This document shows, piece after piece, positions 12,486-27,400 of a stretch of DNA of 64,000 bases; position 1 is the first letter of the stretch, and every line of letters starts with the position of its first letter. The DNA lies in NCBI RefSeq assembly GCF_963921235.1, contig NC_086097.1:140060001-140124000 (forward strand). Reading direction: 5' to 3'. Source of the DNA: Mobula hypostoma. Taxonomy: Eukaryota. The translations under genes and the position numbers were made by a program. Below the pieces are notes generated by a model, which did not search any database, had not been told where the DNA came from, and saw only the letters and a list, made by a program, of their open reading frames with translations.

Positions 12486-15400
12486 ATTCCCTGTCCACAT
12501 CCAACTCCACGTTTCTATCTCACATCCACCATCCCTGTCCACATCCAACTCCACCGTCCCCATCTCACATCCACCATCCCTGTCCACATCCAACTCCACC
12601 GTCCCCATCTCACATCCACCATCCTTGTCCACATCCAACTCCACCGTCCCCATCTCACATCCACCATCCCTGTCCACATCCAACTCATCTCACATCCACC
12701 ATCCCTGTCCACATCCAACTCATCTCACATCCATCATTCCCTGTCCACATCCAACTCATCTCACATCCATCATTCCCTGTCCACATCCAACTCCGCGTTT
12801 CCATCTCACATCCATCATTCCCTGTCCACATCCAACTCCACGTTTCTATCTCACATCCATCATTCCCTGTCCACATCCAACTCATCTCACATCCATCATT
12901 CCCTGTCCACATCCAACTCCGCGTTTCCATCTCACATCCATCATTCCCTGTCCCCATCCAACTCCACCGTCCCCATCTCACATCCACCATCCCTGTCCAC
13001 ATCCAACTCCACCGTCCCCATCTCACATCCACCATCCTTGTCCACATCCAACTCCACCGTCCCCATCTCACATCCACCATCCCTGTCCACATCCAACTCC
13101 ACTGTCCCCATCTCACATCCACCATCCCTGTCCACATCCAACTCATCTCACATCCATCATTCCCTGTCCACATCCAACTCATCTCACATCCATCATTCCC
13201 TGTCCACATCCAACTCCGCGTTTCCATCTCACATCCATCATTCCCTGTCCACATCCAACTCCACCGTCCCCATCTCACATCCATCATTCCCTGTCCACAT
13301 CCAACTCATCTCACATCCACCATCCCTGTCCACATCCAACTCCACCGTCCCCATCTCACATCCACCATCCCTGTCCACATCCAACTCCACCGTCCCCATC
13401 TCACATCCACCATCCCTGTCCACTTCCAACTCCACTGTCCCCATCTCACATCCACCATCCCTGTCCACATCCAACTCCACTGTCCCCATCTCACATCCAC
13501 CATCCCTGTCCACATCCAACTCATCTCACATCCATCATTCCCTGTCCACATTCAACTCCGCGTTTCCATCTCACATCCATCATTCCCTGTCCACATCCAA
13601 CTCCACCGTCCCCATCTCACATCCATCATTCCCTGTCCACATCCAACTCATCTCACATCCACCATCCCTGTCCACATCCAACTCCACCGTCCCCATCTCA
13701 CATCCACCATCCCTGTCCACATCCAACTCCACCGTCCCCATCTCACATCCACAATCCCTGTCCACATCCAACTCCACCGTCCCCATCTCACATCCACCAT
13801 CCCTGTCCACATCCAACTCCACCGTCCCCATCTCACATCCACCATCCCTGTCCACATCCAACTCCACCGTCCCCATCTCACATCCACCATCCCTGTCCAC
13901 ATCCAACTCCACCGTCCCCATCTCACATCCACCATCCTTGTCCACATCCAACTCCACCGTCCCCATCTCACATCCATCATTCCCTGTCCACATCCAACTC
14001 ATCTCACATCCATCATTCCCTGTCCACATCCAATTCATCTCACATCCATCATTCCCTGTCCACATCCAACTCCGCGTTTCTATCTCACATCCAACTCATC
14101 TCACATCCATCATTCCCTGTCCACATCCAACTCCGCGTTTCCATCTCACATCCATCATTCCCTGTCCACATCCAACTCCACCGTCCCCATCTCACATCCA
14201 TCATTCCCTGTCCACATCCAATTCATCTCACATCCATCATTCCCTGTCGATATCCAACTCGGCGTTTCTATCTCACATCCATCATTCCCTGTCCACATCC
14301 AACTCATCTCACATTCATCATTCCCTGTCCACATCCAACTCCGCGTTTCCATCTCACATCCATCATTCCCTGTCCACATCCAACTCCACCGTCCCCATCT
14401 CACGTCCACATCCAACTCCACCGTCCCCATCTCACATCCACCATCCCTGTCCACATCCAACTCATCTCACATCCATCATTCCCTGTCCACATCCAACTCA
14501 TCTCACATCCATCATTCCCTGTCCACATCCAACTCCGCGTTTCCATCTCACATCCATCATTCCCTGTCCACATCCAACTCCACATTTCTATCTCACATCC
14601 ATCATTCCCTGTCCACATCCAACTCCGCGTTTCCATCTCACATCCATCATTCCCTGTCCACATCCAACTCCACCGTCCCCATCTCACATCCATCATTCCC
14701 TGTCCACATCCAACTCCACCGTCCCCATCCCACATCCACCATCCCTGTCCACATCCAACTCCACCGTCCCCATCTCACATCCACCATCCCTGTCCACATC
14801 CAACTCCACCGTCCCCATCTCACATCCACAATCCTTGTCCACATCCAACTCCACCGTCCCCATCTCACATCCACCATCCCTGTCCACATCCAACTCCACC
14901 GTCCCCGTCTCACATCCACCACCCTGTCCACATCCAACTCCACCGTCCCCATCTCACATCCACCATTCTTGTCCACATCCAACTCCACCGTCCCCATCTC
15001 ACATCCACCATCCCTGTCCACATCCAACTCCACCGTCCCCATCTCACATCCATCATTCCCTGTCCACATCCAACTCCACCGTCCCCATCTCACATCCATC
15101 ATTCCCTGTCCACATCCAACTCATCTCACATCCACCATCCCTGTCCACATCCAACTCCACCGTCCCCATCTCACATCCACCATCCCTGTCCACATCCAAC
15201 TCCACTATCCCCATCTCACATCCACCATCCCTGTCCACATCCAACTCCACCGTCCCCATCTCACATCCACCATATCTGTCCACATCCAACTCCACCGTCC
15301 CCATCTCACATCCACCATCCCTGTCCACATTCAACTCCGCGATTCCATCTCACATCCATCATTCCCTGTCCACATCCAACTCCACGTTTCTATCTCACAT

Positions 15401-18400
15401 CCATCATTCCCTGTCCACATCCAACTCCGCTTTTCCATCTCACATCCATCATTCCCTGTCCACATCCAACTCCGCGTTTCCATCTCACATCCATCATTCC
15501 CTGTCCACATCCAACTCCACCGTCCCCATCTCACATCCATCATTCCCTGTCCACATCCAACTCCACCGTCCCCATCCCACATCCACCATCCCTGTCCACA
15601 TCCAACTCCACCGTCCCCATCTCACATCCACCATCCCTGTCCACATCCAACTCCACCGTCCCCATCTCACATCCACAATCCCTGTCCACATCCAACTCCA
15701 CCGTCCCCATCTCACATCCACCATCCCTGTCCACATCCAACTCCACCGTCCCCGTCTCACATCCACCATCCCTGTCCACATCCAACTCCACCGTCCCCAT
15801 CTCACATCCACCATCCCTGTCCACATCCAAATCATCTCACATCCATTATTCCCTGTCCACATCCAACTCATCTCACATCCATCATTCCCTGTCCACATCC
15901 AACTCCACCGTCCCCATCTCACATCCATCATTCCCTGTCCACATCCAACTCATCTCACATCCACCATCCCTGTCCACATCCAACTCCACCGTCCCCATCT
16001 CACATCCACCATCCCTGTCCACATCCAACTCCACTATCCCCATCTCACATCCACCATCCCTGTCCACATCCAACTCCACCGTCCCCATCTCACATCCACC
16101 ATATCTGTCCACATCCAACTCCACCGTCCCCATCTCACATCCACCATCCCTGTCCACATTCAACTCCGCGATTCCATCTCACATCCATCAGTCCCTGTCC
16201 ACATCCAACTCCACGTTTCTATCTCACATCCATCATTCCCTGTCCACATCCAACTCCGCTTTTCCATCTCACATCCATCATTCCCTGTCCACATCCAACT
16301 CCGCGTTTCCATCTCACATCCATCATTCCCTGTCCACATCCAACTCTACCGTCCCCATCTCACATCCATCATTCCCTGTCCACATCCACCATCCCTGTCC
16401 ACATCCAACTCTACCGTCCCCATCTCACATCCACCATCCCTGTCCGCATCCAACTCCACCGTCCCCATCTCACATCCACAATCCCTGTCCACATCCAACT
16501 CCACCGTCCCCATCTCACATCCACCATCCCTGACCACATCCAACTCCACCGTCCCCATCTCACATCCACCATCCCTGTCCACATCCAACTCCACCGTCTC
16601 CATCTCACATCCACCATCCCTGTCCACATCCAACTCCACCGTCCCCATCTCACATCCACCATCCCTGTCCACATCCAACTCCACCGACCCCATCTCACAT
16701 CCACCATCCTTGTCCACATCCAACTCCACCGTCCCCATCTCACATCCACCATCCCTGTCCACATCCAACTCCACCGTCCCCATCTCACATCCACCATCCC
16801 TGTCCACATCCAACTCATCTCACATCCATCATTCCCTGTCCACATCCAATTCATCTCACATCCATCATTCCCTGTCCACATCCAACTCATCTCACATCCA
16901 TCATTCCCTGTCCACATCCAACTCCGCGTTTCTATCTCACATTCAACTCATCTCACATCCATCATTCCCTGTCCACATCCAACTCCGCGTTTCCATCTCA
17001 CATCCATCATTCCCTGTCCACATCCAACTCCACCGTCCCCATCTCACATCCATCATTCCCTGTCCACATCCAATTCATCTCACATCCATCATTCCCTGTC
17101 GATATCCAACTCGGCGTTTCTATCTCACATCCATCATTCCCTGTCCACATCCAAATCATCTCACATTCATCATTCCCTGTCCACATCCAACTCCGCGTTT
17201 CCATCTCACATCCATCATTCCCTGTCCACATCCAACTCCACCGTCCCCATCTCACGTCCACATCCAACTCCACCGTCCCCATCTCACATCCACCATCCCT
17301 GTCCACATCCAACTCATCTCACATCCATCATTCCCTGTCCACATCCAACTCATCTCACATCCATCATTCCCTGTCCACATCCAACTCCGCGTTTCCATCT
17401 CACATCCATCATTCCCTGTCCACATCCAACTCCACATTTCTATCTCACATCCATCATTCCCTGTCCACATCCAACTCCGCGTTTCCATCTCACATCCATC
17501 ATTCCCTGTCCACATCCAACTCCACCGTCCCCATCTCACATCCATCATTCCCTGTCCACATCCAACTCCACCGTCCCCATCCCACATCCACCATCCCTGT
17601 CCACATCCAACTCCACCGTCCCCATCTCACATCCACAATCCTTGTCCACATCCAACTCCACCGTCCCCATCTCACATCCACCATCCCTGTCCACATCCAA
17701 CTCCACCGTCCCCGTCTCACATCCACCATCCCTGTCCACATCCAACTCCACCGTCCCCATCTCACATCCACCATCCCTGTCCACATCCAACTCCACCGTC
17801 CCCATCTCACATCCACCATCCCTGTCCACATCCAACTCCACCGTCCCCATCTCACATCCATCATTCCCTGTCCACATCCAACTCCACCGTCCCCATCTCA
17901 CATCCATCATTCCCTGTCCACATCCAACTCATCTCACATCCACCATCCCTGTCCACATCCAACTCCACCGTCCCCATCTCACATCCACCATCCCTGTCCA
18001 CATCCAACTCCACTATCCCCATCTCACATCCACCATCCCTGTCCACATCCAACTCCACCGTCCCCATCTCACATCCACCATATCTGTCCACATCCAACTC
18101 CACCGTCCCCATCTCACATCCACCATCCCTGTCCACATTCAACTCCGCGATTCCATCTCACATCCATCATTCCCTGTCCACATCCAACTCCACGTTTCTA
18201 TCTCACATCCATCATTCCCTGTCCACATCCAACTCCGCTTTTCCATCTCACATCCATCATTCCCTGTCCACATCCAACTCCTCGTTTCCATCTCACATCC
18301 ATCATTCCCTGTCCACATCCAACTCTACCGTCCCCATCTCACATCCATCATTCCCTGTCCACATCCACCATCCCTGTCCACATCCAACTCTACCGTCCCC

Positions 18401-21400
18401 ATCTCACATCCACCATCCCTGTCCGCATCCAACTCCACCGTCCCCATCTCACATCCACAATCCCTGTCCACATCCAACTCCACCGTCCCCATCTCACATC
18501 CACCATCCCTGACCACATCCAACTCCACCGTCCCCATCTCACATCCACCATCCCTGTCCACATCCAACTCCACCGTCTCCATCTCACATCCACCATCCCT
18601 GTCCACATCCAACTCCACCGTCCCCATCTCACATCCACCATCCCTGTCCACATCCAACTCCACCGTCCCCATCTCACATCCACCATCCTTGTCCACATCC
18701 AACTCCACCGTCCCCATCTCACATCCACCATCCCTGTCCACATCCAACTCCACCGTCCCCATCTCACATCCACCATCCCTGTCCACATCCAACTCATCTC
18801 ACATCCATCATTCCCTGTCCACATCCAATTCATCTCACATCCATCATTCCCTGTCCACATCCAACTCATCTCACATCCATCATTCCCTGTCCACATCCAA
18901 TTCATCTCACATCCATCATTCCCTGTCCACATCCAACTCCGCGTTTCTATCTCACATTCAACTCATCTCACATCCATCATTCCCTGTCCACATCCAACTC
19001 CGCGTTTCCATCTCACATCCATCATTCCCTGTCCACATCCAACTCCACCGTCCCCATCCCACATCCATCATTCCCTGTCCACATCCAATTCATCTCACAT
19101 CCATCATTCCCTGTCGATATCCAACTCGGCGTTTCTATCTCACATCCATCATTCCCTGTCCACATCCAAATCATCTCACATTCATCATTCCCTGTCCACA
19201 TCCAACTCCGCGTTTCCATCTCACATCCATCATTCCCTGTCCACATCCAACTCCACCGTCCCCATCTCACGTCCACATCCAACTCCACCGTCCCCATCTC
19301 ACATCCACCATCCCTGTCCACATCCAACTCATCTCACATCCATCATTCCCTGTCCACATCCAACTCATCTCACATCCATCATTCCCTGTCCACATCCAAC
19401 TCCGCGTTTCCATCTCACATCCATCATTCCCTGTCCACATCCAACTCCACATTTCTATCTCACATCCATCATTCCCTGTCCACATCCAACTCCGCGTTTC
19501 CATCTCACATCCATCATTCCCTGTCCACATCCAACTCCACCGTCCCCATCTCACATCCATCATTCCCTGTCCACATCCAACTCCACCGTCCCCATCTCAC
19601 ATCCACCATCCCTGTCCACATCCAACTCCACCGTCCCCATCTCACATCCACCATCCTTGTCCACATCCAACTCCACCGTCCCCATCTCACATCCACCATC
19701 CCTGTCCACATCCAACTCCACCGTCCCCGTCTCACATCCACCATCCCTGTCCACATCCAACTCCACCGTCCCCATCTCACATCCACCATTCTTGTCCACA
19801 TCCAACTCCACCGTCCCCATCTCACATCCACCATCCCTGTCCACATCCAACTCCACCGTCCCCATCTCACATCCACCATCCCTGTCCACATCCAAATCAT
19901 CTCGCATCCATTATTCCCTGTCCACATCCAACTCATCTCACATCCATCATTCCCTGTCCACATCCAACTCCACCGTCCCCATCTCACATCCATCATTCCC
20001 TGTCCACATCCAACTCATCTCACATCCACCATCCCTGTCCACATCCAACTCCACCGTCCCCATCTCACATCCACCATCCCTGTCCACATCCAACTCCACC
20101 ATCCCCATCTCACATCCACCATCCCTGTCCACATCCAACTCCACCGTCCCCATCTCACATCCACCATATCTGTCCACATCCAACTCCACCGTCCCCATCT
20201 CACATCCACCATCCCTGTCCACATTCAACTCCGCGATTCCATCTCACATCCATCATTCCCTGTCCACATCCAACTCCACGTTTCTATCTCACATCCATCA
20301 TTCCCTGTCCACATCCAACTCCGCATTTCCATCTCACATCCATCATTCCCTGTCCACATCCAACTCCGCGTTTCCATCTCACATCCATCATTCCCTGTCC
20401 ACATCGAACTCTACCGTCCCCATCGCACATCCATCATTCCCTGTCCACATCCACCATCCCTGTCCACATCCAACTCTACCGTCCCCATCTCACATCCACC
20501 ATCCCTGTCCGCATCCAACTCCACCGTCCCCATCTCACATCCACAATCCCTGTCCACATCCAACTCCACCGTCCCCATCTCACATCCACCATCCCTGACC
20601 ACATCCAACTCCACTGTCCCCATCTCACATCCACCATCCCTGTCCACATCCAACTCCACCGTCCCCATCTCACATCCACCATCCCTGTCCACATCCAACT
20701 CCACCGTCCCCATCTCACATCCACCATCCTTGTCCACATCCAACTCCACCGTCCCCATCTCACATCCACCATCCCTGTCCACATCCAACTCCACCGTCCC
20801 CATCTCACATCCACCATCCCTGTCCACATCCAACTCATCTCACATCCATCATTCCCTGTCCACATCCAATTCATCTCACATCCATCATTCCCTGTCCACA
20901 TCCAACTCCGCGTTTCTATCTCACATCCAACTCATCTCACATCCAACATCCCTGTCCACATCCAACTCCACCGTCTCCAGCTCACATCCACCATTCCCTG
21001 TCCACATCCAACTCCACCGTCCCCATCTCACATCCACCATCCCTGTCCACATCCAACTCCACCGTCCCCATCTCACATCCACCATCCCTGTCCACATCCA
21101 ACTCATCTCACATCCATCATTCCCTGTCCACATCCAACTCATCTCACATCCATCATTCCCTGTCCACATCCAACTCCGCGTTTCCATCTCACATCCATCA
21201 TTCCCTGTCCACATCCAACTCCGCGTTTCTATCTCACATCCAACTCATCTCACATCCATCATTCCCTGTCCACATCCAACTCCGCGTTTCCATCTCACAT
21301 CCATCATTCCCTGTCCACATCCAACTCCACCGTCCCCATCTCACATCCACCATCCCTGTCCACATCCAACTCCACCGTCCCCATCTCACATCCACCATCC

Positions 21401-24400
21401 CTGTCCACATCCAACTCATCTCACATCCATCATTCCCTGTCCACATCCAACTCATCTCACATCCATCATTCCCTGTCCACATCCAACTCCGCGTTTCCAT
21501 CTCACATCCATCATTCCCTGTCCACATCCAACTCCGCGTTTCTATCTCACATCCAACTCATCTCACATCCATCATTCCCTGTCCACATCCAACTCCGCGT
21601 TTCCATCTCACATCCATCATTCCCTGTCCACATCCAACTCCACCGTCCCCATCTCACATCCATCATTCCCTGTCCACATCCAATTCATCTCACTTCCATC
21701 ATTCCCTGTCCACATCCAACTCCGCATTTCCATCTCACATCCATCATTCCCTGTCCACATCCAACTCGGCGTTTCTATCTCACATCCATCATTCCCTGTC
21801 CACATCCAACTCATCTCACATCCATCATTCCCTGTCCACATCCAACTCCGCGTTTCCATCTCACATCCATCATTCCCTGTCCACATCCAACTCCGCGTCC
21901 CCATCTCACATCCACCATCCCTGTCCACATCCAACTCCACCGTCCCCATCTCACATGCACCATCCCTGTCCACATCCAACTCCGCGTTTCCATCTCACAT
22001 CCATCATTCCCTGTCCACATCCAACTCCACCGTCCCCATCTCACATCCATCATTCCCTGTCCACATCCAACTCCACCGTCCCCATCTCACATCCACCATC
22101 CCTGTCCACATCCAACTCATCTCACATCCATCATTCCCTGTCCACATCCAACTCCACCGTCCCCATCTCACATCCATCATTCCCTGTCCACATCCAACTC
22201 CACCGTCCCCATCTCACATCCACCATTCCCTGTCCACATCCAACTCCACCGTCCCCGTCTCACATCCACCATCCCTGTCCACATCCAACTCCACCGTCCC
22301 CATCTCACATCCATCATTCCCTGTCCACATCCAACTCCGCGTTTCCATCTCACATCCATCATTCCCTGTCCACATCCAACTCCACCGTCCCTCTCACATC
22401 CACCATCCCTGTCCACATCCAAATCATCTCGCATCCATTATTCCCTGTCCACATCCAACTCATCTCACATCCATCATTCCCTGTCCACATCCAACTCCAC
22501 CGTCCCCATCTCACATCCATCATTCCCTGTCCACATCCAACTCATCTCACATCCACCATCCCTGTCCACATCCAACTCCACCGTCCCCATCTCACATCCA
22601 CCATCCCTGTCCACATCCAACTCCACCATCCCCATCTCACATCCACCATCCCTGTCCACATCCAACTCCACCGTCCCCATCTCACATCCACCATCCCTGT
22701 CCACATCCAACTCCACCGTCCCCATCTCACATCCACCATCCCTGTCCACATCCAACTCATCTCACATCCATCATTCCCTGTCCACATTCAACTCCGCGTT
22801 TCCATCTCACATCCATCATTCCCTGTCCACATCCAACTCCACGTTTCTATCTCACATCCATCATTCCCTGTCCACATCCAACTCCGCATTTCCATCTCAC
22901 ATCCATCATTCCCTGTCCACATCCAACTCCGCGTTTCCATCTCACATCCATCATTCCCTGTCCACATCGAACTCTACCGTCCCCATCGCACATCCATCAT
23001 TCCCTGTCCACATCCACCATCCCTGTCCACATCCAACTCTACCGTCCCCATCTCACATCCACCATCCCTGTCCGCATCCAACTCCACCGTCCCCATCTCA
23101 CATCCACAATCCCTGTCCACATCCAACTCCACCGTCCCCATCTCACATCCACCATCCCTGACCACATCCAACTCCACTGTCCCCATCTCACATCCACCAT
23201 CCCTGTCCACATCCAACTCCACCGTCCCCATCTCACATCCATCATTCCCTGTCCACATCCAACTCCGCGTTTCCATCTCACATCCATCATTCCCTGTCCA
23301 CATCCAACTCCACCGTCCCCATCTCACATCCATCATTCCCTGTCCACATCCAACTCCACCGTCCCCATCTCACATCCACCATCCCTGTCCACATCCAACT
23401 CCACCGTCCCCATCTCACATCCACCATCCTTGTCCACATCCAACTCCATCGTCCCCATCTCACATCCACAATCCCTGTCCACATCCAACTCCACCGTCCC
23501 CATCTCACATCCACCATCCCTGTCCACATCCAACTCCACCGTCCCCATCTCACATCCACCATCCCTGTCCACATCCAACTCCACCGTCCCCATCTCACAT
23601 CCACCATTCTTGTCCACATCCAACTCCACCGTCCCCATCTCACATCCACCATCCCTGTCCACATCCAACTCCACCGTCCCCATCTCACATCCACCATCCC
23701 TGTCCACATCCAAATCATCTCACATCCATTATTCCCTGTCCACATCCAACTCATCTCACATCCATCATTCCCTGTCCACATCCAACTCCACCGTCCCCAT
23801 CTCACATCCATCATTCCCTGTCTCCGCGTTTCTATCTCACATCCAACTCATCTCACATCCATCATTCCCTGTCCACATCCAACTCCACCGTCCCCATCTC
23901 ACATCCACCATCCCTGTCCACATCCAACTCCACCATCCCCATCTCACATCCACCATCCCTGTCCACATCCAACTCCACCGTCCCCATCTCACATCCACCA
24001 TCCCTGTCCACATCCAACTCCACCGTCCCCATCTCACATCCACCATCCCTGTCCACATCCAACTCATCTCACATCCATCATTCCCTGTCCACATTCAACT
24101 CCGCGTTTCCATCTCACATCCATCATTCCCTGTCCACATCCAACTCCACGTTTCTATCTCACATCCATCATTCCCTGTCCACATCCAACTCCGCATTTCC
24201 ATCTCACATCCATCATTCCCTGTCCACATCCAACTCCGCGTTTCCATCTCACATCCATCATTCCCTGTCCACATCGAACTCTACCGTCCCCATCTCACAT
24301 CCATCATTCCCTGTCCACATCCAACTCCACCGTCCCCATCTCACATCCACCATCCCTGTCCACATCCAACTCTACCGTCCCCATCTCACATCCACCATCC

Positions 24401-27400
24401 CTGTCCGCATCCAACTCCACCGTCCCCATCTCACATCCACAATCCCTGTCCACATCCAACTCCACCGTCCCCATCTCACATCCACCATCCCTGACCACAT
24501 CCAACTCCACTGTCCCCATCTCACATCCACCATCCCCTGTCCACATCCAACTCCGCGTTTCCATCTCACATCCATCATTCCCTGTCCACATCCAACTCCA
24601 CCGTCCCCATCTCACATCCACCATCCCTGTCCACATCCAACTCCACCGTCCCCATCTCACATCCACCATCCCTGTCCACATCCAACTCCACCGTCCCCAT
24701 CTCACATCCACCATCCCTGTCCACATCCAACTCCACCGTCCCCATCTCACATCCACCATCCCTGTCCACATCCAACTCATCTCACATCCATCATTCCCTG
24801 TCCACATCCAATTCATCTCACATCCATCATTCCCTGTCCACATCCAACTCCGCATTTCCATCTCACATCCATCATTCCCTGTCCACATCCAACTCGGCGT
24901 TTCTATCTCACATCCAATCATTCCCTGTCCACATCCAACTCATCTCACATCCATCATTCCCTGTCCACATCCAACTCCACCGTCCCCATCTCACATCCAC
25001 CATCCCTGTCCACATCCAACTCATCTCACATCCATCATTCCCTGTCCACATCCAACTCCGCGTTTCCATCTCACATCCATCATTCCCTGTCCACATCCAA
25101 CTCCACCGTCCCCATCTCACATCCACCATCCCTGTCCACATCCAACTCATCTCACATCCATCATTCCCTGTCCACATCCAACTCATCTCACATCCATCAT
25201 TCCCTGTCCACATCCAACTCCGCGTTTCCATCTCACATCCATCATTCCCTGTCCACATCCAACTCCGCGTTTCTATCTCACATCCAACTCATCTCACATC
25301 CATCATTCCCTGTCCACATCCAACTCCGCGTTTCCATCTCACATCCATCATTCCCTGTCCACATCCAACTCCACCGTCCCCATCTCACATCCACCATCCC
25401 TGTCCACATCCAACTCCACCGTCCCCATCTCACATCCACCATCCCTGTCCACATCCAACTCATCTCACATCCATCATTCCCTGTCCACATCCAATTCATC
25501 TCACATCCATCATTCCCTGTCCACATCCAACTCCGCGTTTCTATCTCACATTCAACTCATCTCACATCCATCATTCCCTGTCCACATCCAACTCCGCGTT
25601 TCCATCTCACATCCATCATTCCCTGTCCACATCCAACTCCACCGTCCCCATCTCACATCCATCATTCCCTGTCCACATCCAACTCCGCGTTTCCATCTCA
25701 CATCCATCATTCCCTGTCCACATCCAACTCCGCGTTTCTATCTCACATCCAACTCATCTCACATCCATCATTCCCTGTCCACATCCAACTCCGCGTTTCC
25801 ATCTCACATCCATCATTCCCTGTCCACATCCAACTCCACCGTCCCCATCTCACGTCCACATCCAACTCCACCGTCCCCATCTCACATCCACCATCCCTGT
25901 CCACATCCAACTCATCTCACATCCATCATTCCCTGTCCACATCTCACATCCATCATTCCCTGTCCACATCCAATTCATCTCACTTCCATCATTCCCTGTC
26001 CACATCCAACTCCGCATTTCCATCTCACATCCATCATTCCCTGTCCACATCCAACTCCGCGTTTCCATCTCACATCCATCATTCCCTGTCCACATCCAAC
26101 TCCGCGTTTCCATCTCACATCCATCATTCCCTGTCCACATCCAACTCCACCGTCCCCATCTCACATCCATCATTCCCTGTCCACATCCAACTCCACCGTC
26201 CCCATCTCACATCCACCATCCCTGTCCACATCCAACTCCACCGTCCCCATCCACATCCAACTCCATCGTCCCCATCTCACATCCACAATCCCTGTCCACA
26301 TCCAACTCCACCGTCCCCATCTCACATCCACCATTCCCTCTCCACATCCAACTCCACCGTCCCCGTCTCACATCCACCATCCCTGTCCACATCCAACTCA
26401 TCTCACATCCATCATTCCCTGTCCACATCCATCTCATCTCACATCCATCATTCCCTGTCCACATCCAACTCCGCGTTTCCATCTCACATCCATCATTCCC
26501 TGTCCACATCCAACTCATCTCACATCCATCATTCCCTGTCCACATCCAACTCCACCGTCCCCATCTCACATCCATCATTCCCTGTCCACATCCAACTCAT
26601 CTCACATCCACCATCCCTGTCCACATCCAACTCCACCGTCCCCATCTCACATCCACCATCCCTGTCCACATCCAACTCCACCGTCCCCATCTCACATCCA
26701 CCATCCCTGTCCACATCCAACTCCACCGTCCCCATCTCACATCCACCATCCCTGTCCACATCCAACTCCACCGTCCCCATCTCACATCCACCATCCCTGT
26801 CCACATCCAACTCATCTCACATCCATCATTCCCTGTCCACATCCAACTCATCTCACATCCATCATTCCCTGTCCACATCCAATTCATCTCACATCCATCA
26901 TTCCCTGTCCACATCCAACTCCGCATTTCCATCTCACATCCATCATTCCCTGTCCACATCCAACTCCGCGTTTCCATCTCACATCCATCATTCCCTGTCC
27001 ACATCGAACTCTACCGTCCCCATCCCCATCTCACATCCACCATCCCTGTCCACATCCAACTCATCTCACATCCATCATTCCCTGTCCACATCCAACTCAT
27101 CTCACATCCATCATTCCCTGTCCACATCCAACTCCGCGTTTCTATCTCACATCCAACTCATCTCACATCCATCATTCCCTGTCCACATCCAACTCCGCGT
27201 TTCCATCTCACATCCATCATTCCCTGTCCACATCCAACTCCACCGTCCCCATCTCACATCCATCATTCCCTGTCCACATCCAACTCATCTCACATCCATC
27301 ATTCCCTGTCCACATCCAACTCATCTCACATCCATCATTCCCTGTCCACATCCAACTCATCTCACATCCATCATTCCCTGTCCACATCCAACTCCGCGTT

